A stretch of 58,412 nt of DNA, from positions 1-58,412 of the forward strand of contig JAWLEP010000005.1 in assembly GCA_041686025.1 (NCBI GenBank), in the 5' to 3' direction. Below, one piece after another: positions 17,371 through 26,779 of this stretch. Each line of letters opens with the position of its first letter. The first letter of the stretch is position 1. This stretch comes from Candidatus Fermentibacteraceae bacterium (GTDB lineage: Bacteria > Fermentibacterota > Fermentibacteria > Fermentibacterales > JCC-6). Both the position numbers and the translations under genes were made by a program. The notes below the pieces were generated by a model, which was not told the DNA's origin, ran no database searches, and worked only from the letters and a program-made list of their open reading frames with translations.

Positions 17371-20369
17371 CAGAACTCGGCGCCCAGGGCGAAGTAGTGC
17401 TCGGGCTTGGCCGAGATGCCCCTTACGGTGGTCCTCCAGGCGGTGTCCTCGCGGAGGACGAAGTAGCCCAGGTTCAGTCGGAACCCGAAGCCGATCCCGG
17501 CCTTTATGTCGTCCAGCTCGTAGCCCCGGTCGGTGGAGGCTCCGTGGAAGTCCTCGGGATCGTTGAAGGCGGTGCCCATGTCCAGGAAGATCACGCCCCG
17601 GCCGTTGCTCAGGGTCATGGGAATGGGGGCCGCCAGCTGCAGCCTGTCGATGAAGGGCACCCGCAGCTCCATGGTGGAGGACACGTACCTCCTGCCCTCC
17701 AGGGCCCCGTAGTCGTAGCCGCGGAGCATGTCGGCGTAGTTGGAGTAGAAGCCCAGCAGGTCGCTTACCTCGTCCACCTCTCCCCAGATCAGCCTGTGGG
17801 GGACGGCCCCGCCCAGGAAGAACTTGGGGGCGTCCCTGCCCCAGCTGGTGGCCCCGGCCAGCCGCATGGCCAGCGTCACCCGGCCCGAGACCCAGGTGTA
17901 GTGGCGGAGGTCGGCGGAGGCCAGGTAGTAGCTGGTGGAGTCCAGCAGGTCGGGGGCGATCTCCATACCCAGCCTGGCCCTGGTGCCCACCCTGGGTCCC
18001 ACGTAGCCCCACCTGGCGTTGTCGAAGACCAGTCCGGCGGCACCGAAGGTCACGTTGGCCTCGTAGTCGGCGTCGGAGTTCCAGACCCCCTGCCTCCCGA
18101 TGGTCCGGTACCCGGTCTCGCCCCGGACGCTGAAGGCCTCGCTCAGGGGGTAGCTGGCGGAGGCGACGGCCCCCATGTCCACGTCCCGTATCTCCTCCAG
18201 ATGGCCGTCGTCGAAGCGGAACAGGTAGCGCCTGGTGGTGCGGTAGATTGTGCCTCCCAGGTCCAGGCGGTGGGGCAGGTAGGCGTACCTCACCACGGCA
18301 TCGGCGTCCGTTACGTCACCGTTGAGGTTGACGTTCAGAAGCAGCCTGTGGTGGGCCAGGACGTCGCTGAACAGGAACTGGGTGTAACCGGCGAGACCCA
18401 GGTAGGAGTCGAAGGAGGCCAGGGCGGTGACGTAGTCCAGCGACAGCCGCGGCTCGTAGGGGGCCACCCTCAGGCCGGTTACGGCGTCCGGGGGCTGCTC
18501 CCGGGAAGGCCCCCCGGGGCCGTCCGCTGCCGGGGGCGAGCCCTCCGGAGGGGCGGAGCCCCGTTCCGGGGCTTCGGACGGAGTCCCGGTCTCCCGCCGC
18601 GGCGGCTGCGACGTCTCCTCCCGTCCCCTGCGGTGCTCGGGGGGAACGGCGGCGGTGTGGGCGGGCGGTTCGGCGCCGGCCTCGCCGGCGGCGGCCCGCC
18701 TGAGGCCGGCTCCCCTGTCGATGGAGACCCGCCTGCGGGTGATGTCGTCGGCTATGAACACGTTCCGGCCGTTCCAGTCGCTGGTGGCGAAGGCGGCGGC
18801 CTCCAGGGAGTCGGCCCAGGTTACGCTCTCCACCGTCCGGTACAGCGCGGTAAGCCTCTCCACGTCGCCCTGCGGGGTCCTGAGGTAGAGGTCGGGGTAG
18901 TGATGGCGGTCGGAGAGGAACAGCAGTCCATCGGGGGTGGCGTTGGGGTACCTGAGGCCGGCGCCCCCGGTCATCAGGGTGTCCACCACGGAGCCCGCGT
19001 CTGCCCGCACCACGTATGTTGAGTCCCCGGTTCTGCTCTCGGCGGTGAAGAGCAGCCCCTGCCTGGTCCAGGAGAGGTCCCGCTCCCCGCCGTGGGTTTC
19101 GGTGAGCCTGCCGGTCTCGCCGCTGAGCAGGTCGTGCACGTAGACGTCCAGCTGCCCCTCCTCCAGTCCGCCGAAGGCGATGTAGCGGCCGTCGGGGGAC
19201 CAGGTGGGCTCCCGTATCAGGTCCATTCTCACCGGCAGCTCGCGACCTTCGCCCTCCAGGCTGCGTATGGCCAGACGGTCGCCGTCCAGGTGATGGTAGA
19301 CGTAGGCCAGCGTGTCGGCCCCCGGCGAGAACCCGCCGGACCGGTACATGGGGGAGATGTCCACGTCGTAGAGGCCGCCTCCGGTGAAGACCCTGTCCAC
19401 CACCTCACCGTCCACCGCGCTCCTCACGGTGAGGGCGAACCGCGCGTGGTGCGACTCCACGCCGGCCACGTAGCGGCCGTCGGGGGAGATGAAGGGCCTG
19501 GCGGACTGTATCTGCTTCCGTCTGCCCACCGGCCTGGCCACGTCGGACGGGCTCTCCCTCCAGGCCACCTCCGCCCAGTAGGTCTCCCGCGCCCACTCGA
19601 TGAAGCGCTGGTTCAGCTGGTCCACCGACATTCCCAGCGCATGGTCCAGGGCCTCCTGCAGGTCACCCGACCCCCGGAGGCTGCGGACGAAGCGGCGCAG
19701 CCGCTCGTCGCCGTAGCGGGTGGCTATGAAGTGGTAGACCGCCTGGCCCTGCCGGTAGACGATGTAGTCGCTGCGGCGGGACAGCTCCTCTATGGAGGAT
19801 ATGCCGTTGGCTATCACCATGTCCCTGAATTCCGCCTCGGAGTCCCTGTCCCAGCCCAGGGACGTGTACTCCGCCAGGCCCTCCATGGTCCAGAGCGGGG
19901 CCCGGGAGCGGATGATGTTCTCTATGGAGGTGCTGTAGAGCATGTCCAGGACGAAGGCGTGGTTGATCTCGTGCTCCACCACGTGCCGGAACTCCGACCA
20001 GTAGCCGGTGTAGGGCACCACCACCCTGCCCTTGAAGAACTCGGTGAAGCCCCCCACGCCCTCACCTATCTCGGAGGTGCTGATGTTGGTCTGCCGGAAG
20101 GTGGAGGGGGAGCCGTAGAGGACGATGGGGACGGCGTGGTCGGGCATGTAGCCGAAGTAGCGGCCCAGCTCGGCCAGCTCCCGGGTGGCTATCACCATCA
20201 GGCTCTCGGCCGCCTCCTCCGAGCCCCGGGGGTAGTAGACGGTTGCGTTCTGGGAGCGCAGCTCCCACCAATCGGGCACCGAGGTCTGCACTTTGCTGCG
20301 CCCGAAAGTGGTGGCGAAGGCGCTTCCGCAGAGCAGGATCAGGGCGCCTGCCGCTGTGAGCCTGGACAT
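17370..20369 (-). CDS. Omp85-superfamily outer-membrane protein with N-terminal gluzincin metallopeptidase domain and TolB-like beta-propeller
   Basis: Signal peptide; FGRSKVQ; GVGGFTE, HEINH, WTMEGLAEY; PD40-like repeats (PFISPDG, PTWSPDGRYIAF); C-terminal barrel with LRGYDYG, MELRVP, IFLDMG, GIGFGFR and terminal F; ATG 20369. Confidence 0.82.
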   Translation of the reverse strand: MSRLTAAGALILLCGSAFATTFGRSKVQTSVPDWWELRSQNATVYYPRGSEEAAESLMVIATRELAELGRYFGYMPDHAVPIVLYGSPSTFRQTNISTSEIGEGVGGFTEFFKGRVVVPYTGYWSEFRHVVEHEINHAFVLDMLYSTSIENIIRSRAPLWTMEGLAEYTSLGWDRDSEAEFRDMVIANGISSIEELSRRSDYIVYRQGQAVYHFIATRYGDERLRRFVRSLRGSGDLQEALDHALGMSVDQLNQRFIEWARETYWAEVAWRESPSDVARPVGRRKQIQSARPFISPDGRYVAGVESHHARFALTVRSAVDGEVVDRVFTGGGLYDVDISPMYRSGGFSPGADTLAYVYHHLDGDRLAIRSLEGEGRELPVRMDLIREPTWSPDGRYIAFGGLEEGQLDVYVHDLLSGETGRLTETHGGERDLSWTRQGLLFTAESRTGDSTYVVRADAGSVVDTLMTGGAGLRYPNATPDGLLFLSDRHHYPDLYLRTPQGDVERLTALYRTVESVTWADSLEAAAFATSDWNGRNVFIADDITRRRVSIDRGAGLRRAAAGEAGAEPPAHTAAVPPEHRRGREETSQPPRRETGTPSEAPERGSAPPEGSPPAADGPGGPSREQPPDAVTGLRVAPYEPRLSLDYVTALASFDSYLGLAGYTQFLFSDVLAHHRLLLNVNLNGDVTDADAVVRYAYLPHRLDLGGTIYRTTRRYLFRFDDGHLEEIRDVDMGAVASASYPLSEAFSVRGETGYRTIGRQGVWNSDADYEANVTFGAAGLVFDNARWGYVGPRVGTRARLGMEIAPDLLDSTSYYLASADLRHYTWVSGRVTLAMRLAGATSWGRDAPKFFLGGAVPHRLIWGEVDEVSDLLGFYSNYADMLRGYDYGALEGRRYVSSTMELRVPFIDRLQLAAPIPMTLSNGRGVIFLDMGTAFNDPEDFHGASTDRGYELDDIKAGIGFGFRLNLGYFVLREDTAWRTTVRGISAKPEHYFALGAEF

Positions 20370-20615
20370 CTCTTTTCCTTCCCGAGGGGGATGCAGCCCG
20401 CTGTCCTGCGCCGGGGGTCTCGGCGGCCCTCGTTCCGGCACCCCGCGGCGCACGGCCGGGCAGACCGCCGTGCCGCTGATTATACAGTCGGCCGGCGGCC
20501 TCGAACAGGATGAGGGCCACACACGGTATACACTGCCGGTCGAAGACCGGTTCCCGGCCTTGCGGAGATCCCGGGCCCGCTTATACTGTGCCGGGCTGTC
20601 AGAAAGGAGAGGCAT

Positions 20616-20981
20616 ATGCGAAGATGGCCGGCGGCGCTTGCCGCCGTCGCGGTCCTGGTCGGCTGCGGCAGCCCCAAGGACGATTCCGAGTGGCGCCCCG
20701 CCCGCGGGGAGCGGGAGTACCTGGAGGAGTGGGCGGGGAGGATCGCCCGCAGCCTGGTCCCCCCCCGAGACCCGGGGGACCTGGACTCGCTGGGGATGAT
20801 GCGTCTCATGGCCCGCTGCGACAGCGTTCCCCAGCGGTACGTATACCTATACCAGAGGGTGGCCGATTCCATACAGGCCATGACGCCCCCCGAGCCGGGA
20901 TGCGTCCAGCAGCCTTCGGTGGCCGATACGGTGTCGGAGGATGAGCCGAAGGAGGCATCGCCCTCGGGAAGCGGGCGGTGA
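20616..20981 (+). CDS. Hypothetical lipoprotein
   Basis: SD AAGGAGAGG; lipobox LVGC; 121 aa. Confidence 0.7.
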   Translation: MRRWPAALAAVAVLVGCGSPKDDSEWRPARGEREYLEEWAGRIARSLVPPRDPGDLDSLGMMRLMARCDSVPQRYVYLYQRVADSIQAMTPPEPGCVQQPSVADTVSEDEPKEASPSGSGR

Positions 20982-20987
20982 GGGGGA

Positions 20988-22226
20988 TCAGCCGGGTATC
21001 AGCCTGGATATGTCCTTCTGCAGTATCACCACGAACAGCAGCATGATCACGAACAGTCCCACCTGCTGGGCCACCTGTATGGTCCGCTTGGGAAGGGGGC
21101 GTCCCCGGAAGGCCTCGCAGGCCAGGAATATCAGCTGCCCGCCGTCCAGTATGGGAATGGGAAGCAGGTTGAACACCATCACCGCCAGCGAGATCACCGC
21201 CACCGTCTCCAGCAGCCGCGACAGGCCGTAGGAGGCCTGCTGGCTGAGGGTCTGCGCCACGTAGACGGGGCCCCCGGATGACTGGTAGAGCTCCCTGGGC
21301 CGGCTGAACAGCCGGAACAGCGTCGAGTAGTACTCGGCCGCACCCCTGACCGCCAGCTCCGCCCCGGACAGCGCCGCGGTGAGGATCGGCAGCCGCTCGA
21401 CCACCTGCCTGGTGGCGGGCAGCAGGCCCACCCGCCAGACCCCCTCGGCCTCCACGGGGACCAGGCTCACCGTATCCCGCACTCCCCCCCGGGACACGGT
21501 CAGTGACAGCTCCCCGCCCCCGGAGGAGCGAACCATCTCCACCATCTCGTCCCAGCCGGCCACCGGCCTGCCGTCCACGGCCAGCAGGGTGTCCCCCTCC
21601 CGCAGGCCGGCGCTGTGGGCCGGCATCCCCACCGGCGCCTCGCCCACCACGGGGGGGATCAGGGGCATGAAGCCGGGAGCATCCTCGGGTTCCATGGAGT
21701 AGCTGCGGCTGACCCTCCCCGCGGAGGTCCCCACGGAGATGGTGCCGGAAGGAGTGCTGGAGAGGGCCACGTAGGCGTCGGTGTAGGAGTCCACCGGCTG
21801 GCCGTTCACCGCCAGCAGGGTGTCGCCGGCGGCCAGGCCCAGACCGCCCTCCCCGGAGCTGGAAACCGCCGGCAGCAGGCTGACGCTGCGGCCGGTGACT
21901 CCCAGGACCAGGAAGAACAGGAAGGCGGTGAGCACCAGGTTCGACCCCGGCCCCGCCAGCACCACCAGCATCCTCTTCACCGGACTCACGTCGGAGACGG
22001 TGTTGCCGCTGGTGCCCAGGTCCACCTTCACGTAGCCCCCCAGGGGGACGGCGCCTATGCAGTACTCGGTGCCGCCGCGGCGGAGCTTGACCACGTGCGG
22101 GGGGAAGCCGATGGAGAACCGCTCCACATCCATGCCCGCGGCCTTGGCCACCAGGAAGTGACCCAGCTCGTGGATGAGGATGATGACCCCCAGCCCCAGC
22201 ACCACGGCCAGCACGGAGCTCAGCAT
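20988..22226 (-). CDS. rseP: RIP metalloprotease RseP (site-2 protease, two PDZ domains)
   Basis: IHELGH, ERFSIGF, VPLGGYVK, LAGPGSN, GLREGD PDZ, FNLLPIPILDGG; follows dxr; ATG 22226. Confidence 0.95.
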   Translation of the reverse strand: MLSSVLAVVLGLGVIILIHELGHFLVAKAAGMDVERFSIGFPPHVVKLRRGGTEYCIGAVPLGGYVKVDLGTSGNTVSDVSPVKRMLVVLAGPGSNLVLTAFLFFLVLGVTGRSVSLLPAVSSSGEGGLGLAAGDTLLAVNGQPVDSYTDAYVALSSTPSGTISVGTSAGRVSRSYSMEPEDAPGFMPLIPPVVGEAPVGMPAHSAGLREGDTLLAVDGRPVAGWDEMVEMVRSSGGGELSLTVSRGGVRDTVSLVPVEAEGVWRVGLLPATRQVVERLPILTAALSGAELAVRGAAEYYSTLFRLFSRPRELYQSSGGPVYVAQTLSQQASYGLSRLLETVAVISLAVMVFNLLPIPILDGGQLIFLACEAFRGRPLPKRTIQVAQQVGLFVIMLLFVVILQKDISRLIPG

Positions 22227-23338
22227 GCCTCCACCTCCTCCTCCGCCAGGCGGCGGGCCTCTGCGTCCGCCTCCTCCAGGGCATCCAGGTCGGGAATGTC
22301 GGCTTCGGTATGCCTTTCCAGGACCCGTTCCAGCACCCGGACGATGTCTCCGAACTCTATCCTCTCCTCCAGGAAGGCCCCGACGGCCACCTCGTCGGCG
22401 GCGTTTGCCGCCACCGGGTGGCTCTGCCCCCGGCGGGCGGCCCCGGTGATCAGGCCGAAGGCCGGGTAGCGGCGGGGGTCCAGGGGCTCCAGGCCCAGCC
22501 CGGGCCAGTCCCCGGGCCGGTCGGTCTCCAGCGGCTCCAGCCTGCCTCCCGGGTAGCGGAGGGCGTACTGGATGGGGACCCGCATGTCGGGGCTTCCCAG
22601 CAGGGCCTTCCAGGTCCCGTCGGCCAGCCTGACCAGGGAGTGTATGATGCTCTGCGGATGGATCACGGCGTCTATGTCCACGTCCCTGCCGAACAGCCAG
22701 CCCGCCTCTATCACCTCGAAGGCCTTGTTCACCATGGTTGCCGAGTCCACCGTTATCCTCGCCCCCATGTCCCAGTTGGGATGGGCCAGCACCTCCCGGG
22801 GAGTGGCGTGCTGCAGGCGGGCGGGGTCCATGCCCCTCAGGGCGCCCCCGCTGGCGGTGAGGGCGATGGCGAGGGGGGGCTGGGTCTCCCCCTCCAGGCA
22901 GCGGAAGACGGTGCTGTGCTCGCTGTCCACCGGGACCACCCCGCCTGCGGAGACGTGGTCCTGCAGCAGGTGGCCGCCCACCACCAGGCTCTCCTTGTTG
23001 GCAAGGGCCAGGGGCAGGCCCAGCCGGGCGCAGGCCAGGCTGGCCCGCAGGCCGGCACTGCCCACGATCCCGTTGAGGACGATGTCCGCGCCGCGGATGC
23101 AGGCCTCCAGAGCGTTGCGGCCGCAGACCACTCCCCCGGGAGCGGACTCCGCCTGCACGGCCCCCATGAACCGGGGCGAGCAGGCCTGGGCCTGCTGCAG
23201 CATCCGGTCTACCGAGGACCCGCAGAGCAGCGACCACACCGAGAGGCCGGGGGACCCGGAGATCACCTCCAGCGCCTGCCGGCCTATGGATCCGGTGCAG
23301 CCCAGCACCGCAACCTTCCGCACCGCCCCGTCCGTCAT
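22220..23338 (-). CDS. dxr: 1-deoxy-D-xylulose-5-phosphate reductoisomerase
   Basis: LGCTGSIG, LALANKESLV, PVDSEH, LTASGG, HPNWDMGARITVDSATMVNK, HPQSIIHS, NAADE; ATG 23338. Confidence 0.97.
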   Translation of the reverse strand: MTDGAVRKVAVLGCTGSIGRQALEVISGSPGLSVWSLLCGSSVDRMLQQAQACSPRFMGAVQAESAPGGVVCGRNALEACIRGADIVLNGIVGSAGLRASLACARLGLPLALANKESLVVGGHLLQDHVSAGGVVPVDSEHSTVFRCLEGETQPPLAIALTASGGALRGMDPARLQHATPREVLAHPNWDMGARITVDSATMVNKAFEVIEAGWLFGRDVDIDAVIHPQSIIHSLVRLADGTWKALLGSPDMRVPIQYALRYPGGRLEPLETDRPGDWPGLGLEPLDPRRYPAFGLITGAARRGQSHPVAANAADEVAVGAFLEERIEFGDIVRVLERVLERHTEADIPDLDALEEADAEARRLAEEEVEAC

Positions 23339-24138
23339 CCCAGCCAGCCTCCCACCAGCAGCCAGACCAGCGTGGCGGGGGCCACCGCGGTGAGGCTGTC
23401 GAAACGGTCCAGCACGCCTCCGTGCCCCGGCAGCAGGGCTCCGGAGTCCTTCACCCCGGCGTCCCGCTTCACCGCCGACTCCGCCAGGTCGCCCAGCACC
23501 GCCAGCAGGCCGGCGCCCAGGCCCACGGGAAGGGTCTGCGCCGCGGGCAGCCCCGCGCCCAGGGTCCCCGCCAGCCAGGCCCCCAGGGCCGCTCCGGCCA
23601 GGCCGGCGGCGAAGCCCTCCCAGGACTTGTTGGGGCTCACCCTGGGGCTCAGCCGGTGGGAGCCCTTCCAGCAGCCCACGAAGTAGGCGGCGGAGTCTCC
23701 CACCCAGCAGACAAGCAGCGGCACCATCAAAAGCCACACCGAGCCCCGTATCCGGTGCACGGCCAGCAGCCCCAGGCCCAGGGAGTAGGCGGAGGCCAGC
23801 CCCCCTGCCGCCATCACGGTCCTGGCAGCGTCCTCCGGCCCCCTTCGGGGAAGGATCACCGCCGCCCTCAGCCACAGGGGCAGCAGGGCCAGGGCGAATG
23901 CCAGGTCCGGGCGGAAGGATATCAGAAAGCACGAACCGGCGGCCGCCAGTCCGTTGGCGACCCCCTCGCCCCGGCTGCCGCCGTAGAGGCGTGAGGCCTC
24001 CATGCCCGCCAGCAGGGCCACCACGGCCAGTATGCCGGCGTTGAGGGCGGGGACGTCGGGCAGCAGCGTGGCGGCCAGCACCGCCATACCCGCGGCGCCG
24101 GCGCCCAGTCGTCGCGACAGGGAGGGAAAGCCCGTCAA
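23335..24138 (-). CDS. cdsA: Phosphatidate cytidylyltransferase
   Basis: WVGDSAAYFVG, SPNKSWEG, GDLAESAVKRDAGVKDSGALLPGHGGVLDRFDS. Confidence 0.95.
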   Translation of the reverse strand: MTGFPSLSRRLGAGAAGMAVLAATLLPDVPALNAGILAVVALLAGMEASRLYGGSRGEGVANGLAAAGSCFLISFRPDLAFALALLPLWLRAAVILPRRGPEDAARTVMAAGGLASAYSLGLGLLAVHRIRGSVWLLMVPLLVCWVGDSAAYFVGCWKGSHRLSPRVSPNKSWEGFAAGLAGAALGAWLAGTLGAGLPAAQTLPVGLGAGLLAVLGDLAESAVKRDAGVKDSGALLPGHGGVLDRFDSLTAVAPATLVWLLVGGWLG

Positions 24139-24879
24139 CTAGCCGTTCCGCCCCGACTGCAGGCCGCCGAACCGCCGGCTCCGCGAGGAGTAGGCCCGCA
24201 GCGCCTCCATCAGGTGCTCCCTGCGGAAGTCGGGCCACAGCACGTCGGTGAAGTAGAGCTCTGCGTAGGCCGACTGCCAGAGCAGGAAGTTGGACAGCCT
24301 CTGCTCGCCGCTGGTCCTGATTATCAGGTCGGGGTCGGGGACCCCGGGAAGGTAGAGGCGGGAGGCGATGGCCTCCTCGTCCACGTCCTCCGGGGCCAGG
24401 TCTCCGGCGGCCACCTCCGCTGCCAGGCGGCGGACGGCGTCGGCAATCTCGGCCCGGCCGCCGTAGCTGAGGGCCAGCACCAGCCCCAGCCCCTGGTTGA
24501 CCGCGGTCCTCTCCATGGCGGCGTCCAGGTCGGCCCGGGCCTTCCCGGGAAGGTCGTCCAGCCGCCCGGAGGCCAGCAGGCGTACGCCCTGGTCGTCCAG
24601 GCTGTCGATGTTCCGGTCTATGAACCAGGAGAGCAGCTTCATTATGAAGGAGACCTCGGCCCGGGGGCGGTTCCAGTTCTCGGTGGAGAAGGCGTAGAGG
24701 GTGAGGTAGGAGATGCCCACCTCCCCGCAGGCCTCCACCGCGTCGTGGATGGACTTCTCCGCCGCCCTGTGGCCCTCTATGCGCCGCAGGCCCCGCTTTC
24801 TGGCCCAGCGGCCGTTTCCGTCCATGATTATTCCCAGGTGGACGGGGACCTCCTGCAGGCCTTCACCGCTTGCGGTCAT
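24139..24879 (-). CDS. uppS: Undecaprenyl diphosphate synthase
   Basis: HLGIIMDGNGRWA, YAFSTENWNRP, SYGGR, DLIIRTSGEQRLSNFLLWQ. Confidence 0.97.
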   Translation of the reverse strand: MTASGEGLQEVPVHLGIIMDGNGRWARKRGLRRIEGHRAAEKSIHDAVEACGEVGISYLTLYAFSTENWNRPRAEVSFIMKLLSWFIDRNIDSLDDQGVRLLASGRLDDLPGKARADLDAAMERTAVNQGLGLVLALSYGGRAEIADAVRRLAAEVAAGDLAPEDVDEEAIASRLYLPGVPDPDLIIRTSGEQRLSNFLLWQSAYAELYFTDVLWPDFRREHLMEALRAYSSRSRRFGGLQSGRNG

Positions 24880-24903
24880 CTGCCTCCTCCGAGAGCGGGC
24901 GTC

Positions 24904-25458
24904 TCAGCCCCGGATCTCCTTCTCCTTGGCCTCCAGTATGGAGTCGATCTCCTCTGTGGCGCGGTCCACCTCTTCCTGGACCTCGTCCATGGCCCGGTGC
25001 TCCTGGTCCTCGGTGATGTCGCCGCTCTTGGCCGCCTTCTTGAGGCTGTCGTTGATGTCCCGCCGGATGTTGCGGATGGAGGTGCGGCCCTCCTCGGCGA
25101 TCTTGCCCACCTGCCTGGCCAGCTCGGTCCTCCGCTCGTCGGAGAGCTTGGGTATGGGTATGCGCACCACCGGACCGTCCGCCGAGGCCCGCAGGCCCAG
25201 GTCGGAGCTCTCCACGGCCTTCACTATGGCCTCCGCCGTGGACGGGTCGTAGGGCTGTATCACCAGCAGGCTGGGGTCCGGTGCGGATATTCCCGCCACC
25301 TGCTTCAGGGGAAGCCTGTCCCCCCAGCACTCCACCCGCAGGTTGTCCAGCAGGGCGGGGCTGGCCTTTCCCGTCCGGATCACGGCCATCTGGTGAGAGG
25401 TGCTCTGGACGGACTTGGAGATCCTCTTCTTCAGCTCCTTCATCAGCTCGGGTATCAC
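24904..25458 (-). CDS. frr: Ribosome recycling factor
   Basis: IRTGKASPALLD, PLKQVA, IQPYD, IPKLSDERR, IRNIRRD, KEKEI. Confidence 0.96.
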   Translation of the reverse strand: MIPELMKELKKRISKSVQSTSHQMAVIRTGKASPALLDNLRVECWGDRLPLKQVAGISAPDPSLLVIQPYDPSTAEAIVKAVESSDLGLRASADGPVVRIPIPKLSDERRTELARQVGKIAEEGRTSIRNIRRDINDSLKKAAKSGDITEDQEHRAMDEVQEEVDRATEEIDSILEAKEKEIRG

Positions 25459-26180
25459 TGCTTCTCCTCCCCAATCAAGGTACCGGTCGAGGGGTCTTCC
25501 AGCACCCGCCCGACGTTCTCCGGCCTGGTGATATCGAATACTATTACGGGGATGCCGGCGTCACGGCATATGGCTACGGCGGCGCCGTCCATTACGCCCA
25601 GGTCTCCGCGCAGGACGTCCTCGTAGCCTATGCTGTCGTAGCGAAGGGCGTGGGGGTTCTTCCGGGGGTCGCTGTCGTAGACGCCGTCCACCTTGGTCCC
25701 CTTGAGGAGCAGGTCGCATCCCGTCTGGGCGGCCCGGAGGGCCGCTGCCGTGTCGGTGGTCACCCAGGAATTGCCGGTGCCGCCGCCGAATACGGCCACT
25801 GTCCCGCTCCGCATGAGGTGGGCGGCCCTTTCGGCGGAGAAGGCCTCCGCCGGGCCGTCGGCGGCTATGGGGCTGAGGGCGCGGGCGCTGCCCCCCGCCC
25901 TCCGGATGGCGTCGGCCAGGGCGATGGCGTTTATCACCGTGGCCAGCATGCCCATCATGTCCGCCCTGGTGCGGGTGAAGGCCCGCAGCTGGCGGCCCCG
26001 GACGAAGTTTCCTCCGCCGGTGACCACGCCGATCTGCCAGCCCTTTCCGGATAGGTCCAGCAGGGCACCCGCGTACCCGTTCACGCTTTGGGGGTCCAGG
26101 CCCGACCCTCCGGCGCCGGCGAGAAGCTCGCCGCTGAGTTTGAGAAGGAATCTGCCCCGCGCCGGAGGGTCGTCAGCCAT
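25455..26180 (-). CDS. pyrH: UMP kinase
   Basis: LLKLSGE, GGGNFVRG, ADMMGMLATVIN, GTGN..TTDTAAALRA, VDGVYDSDP, VMDGAA. Confidence 0.96.
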   Translation of the reverse strand: MADDPPARGRFLLKLSGELLAGAGGSGLDPQSVNGYAGALLDLSGKGWQIGVVTGGGNFVRGRQLRAFTRTRADMMGMLATVINAIALADAIRRAGGSARALSPIAADGPAEAFSAERAAHLMRSGTVAVFGGGTGNSWVTTDTAAALRAAQTGCDLLLKGTKVDGVYDSDPRKNPHALRYDSIGYEDVLRGDLGVMDGAAVAICRDAGIPVIVFDITRPENVGRVLEDPSTGTLIGEEKQ

Positions 26181-26183
26181 GGC

Positions 26184-26777
26184 CTACCTCACCGAGTATC
26201 TGGCGAAGTTGCTGATGACTATGTTCTCCCCGATCTTGGCGATGAGGTCGGTGAGCACCTGCTGCACGCTGCCCATGTCGGCGTCGTGCATCCATTCCTG
26301 GTCCAGCAGGCACACCTCGGCGAAGAACTTCTTCATCCTGCCCTCCACGATCTTGTCCTTGATGTGGTCGGGCTTTCCGGAGTCCTCCAGCTGCTTGCGC
26401 AGGATCTCCCTCTCCTGGGTCACCTGCTCCTCTGGAAGGTCCTCGCGGGAGATGACCTGGGGGTCGGAGGCGGCGATGTGCATGGCCAGCTCGTGGCAGA
26501 ACTCCCTGAAGTTGTCGTTCATGGCCACGAAGTCGGTCTCGCAGTTCACCTGAACCAGGACGCCGATCTTGAAATCGTGGTGCACGTAGGCCTCCACGCG
26601 TCCCTCGGTGGCCTCGCGGCCCGCTTTCTTCTTGGCGATCTTCAGGCCCTTCTCCCGCAGGAGAACCAGGGCCTTCTCCACGTCGCCGCCGGACTCCTCC
26701 AGGGCCTTCTTGCAGTCCATTATTCCCGCTCCGGACATGTCCCGGAGCTCTTTGACTCTCTTTGCCTCTACAGCCAT
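26184..26777 (-). CDS. tsf: Elongation factor Ts (short form)
   Basis: VKELRDMSGAGIMDCKKAL, EG..AYVH, VNCETDFVA, AMHIAA, GENIVI; 197 aa. Confidence 0.97.
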   Translation of the reverse strand: MAVEAKRVKELRDMSGAGIMDCKKALEESGGDVEKALVLLREKGLKIAKKKAGREATEGRVEAYVHHDFKIGVLVQVNCETDFVAMNDNFREFCHELAMHIAASDPQVISREDLPEEQVTQEREILRKQLEDSGKPDHIKDKIVEGRMKKFFAEVCLLDQEWMHDADMGSVQQVLTDLIAKIGENIVISNFARYSVR

Positions 26778-26779
26778 CG

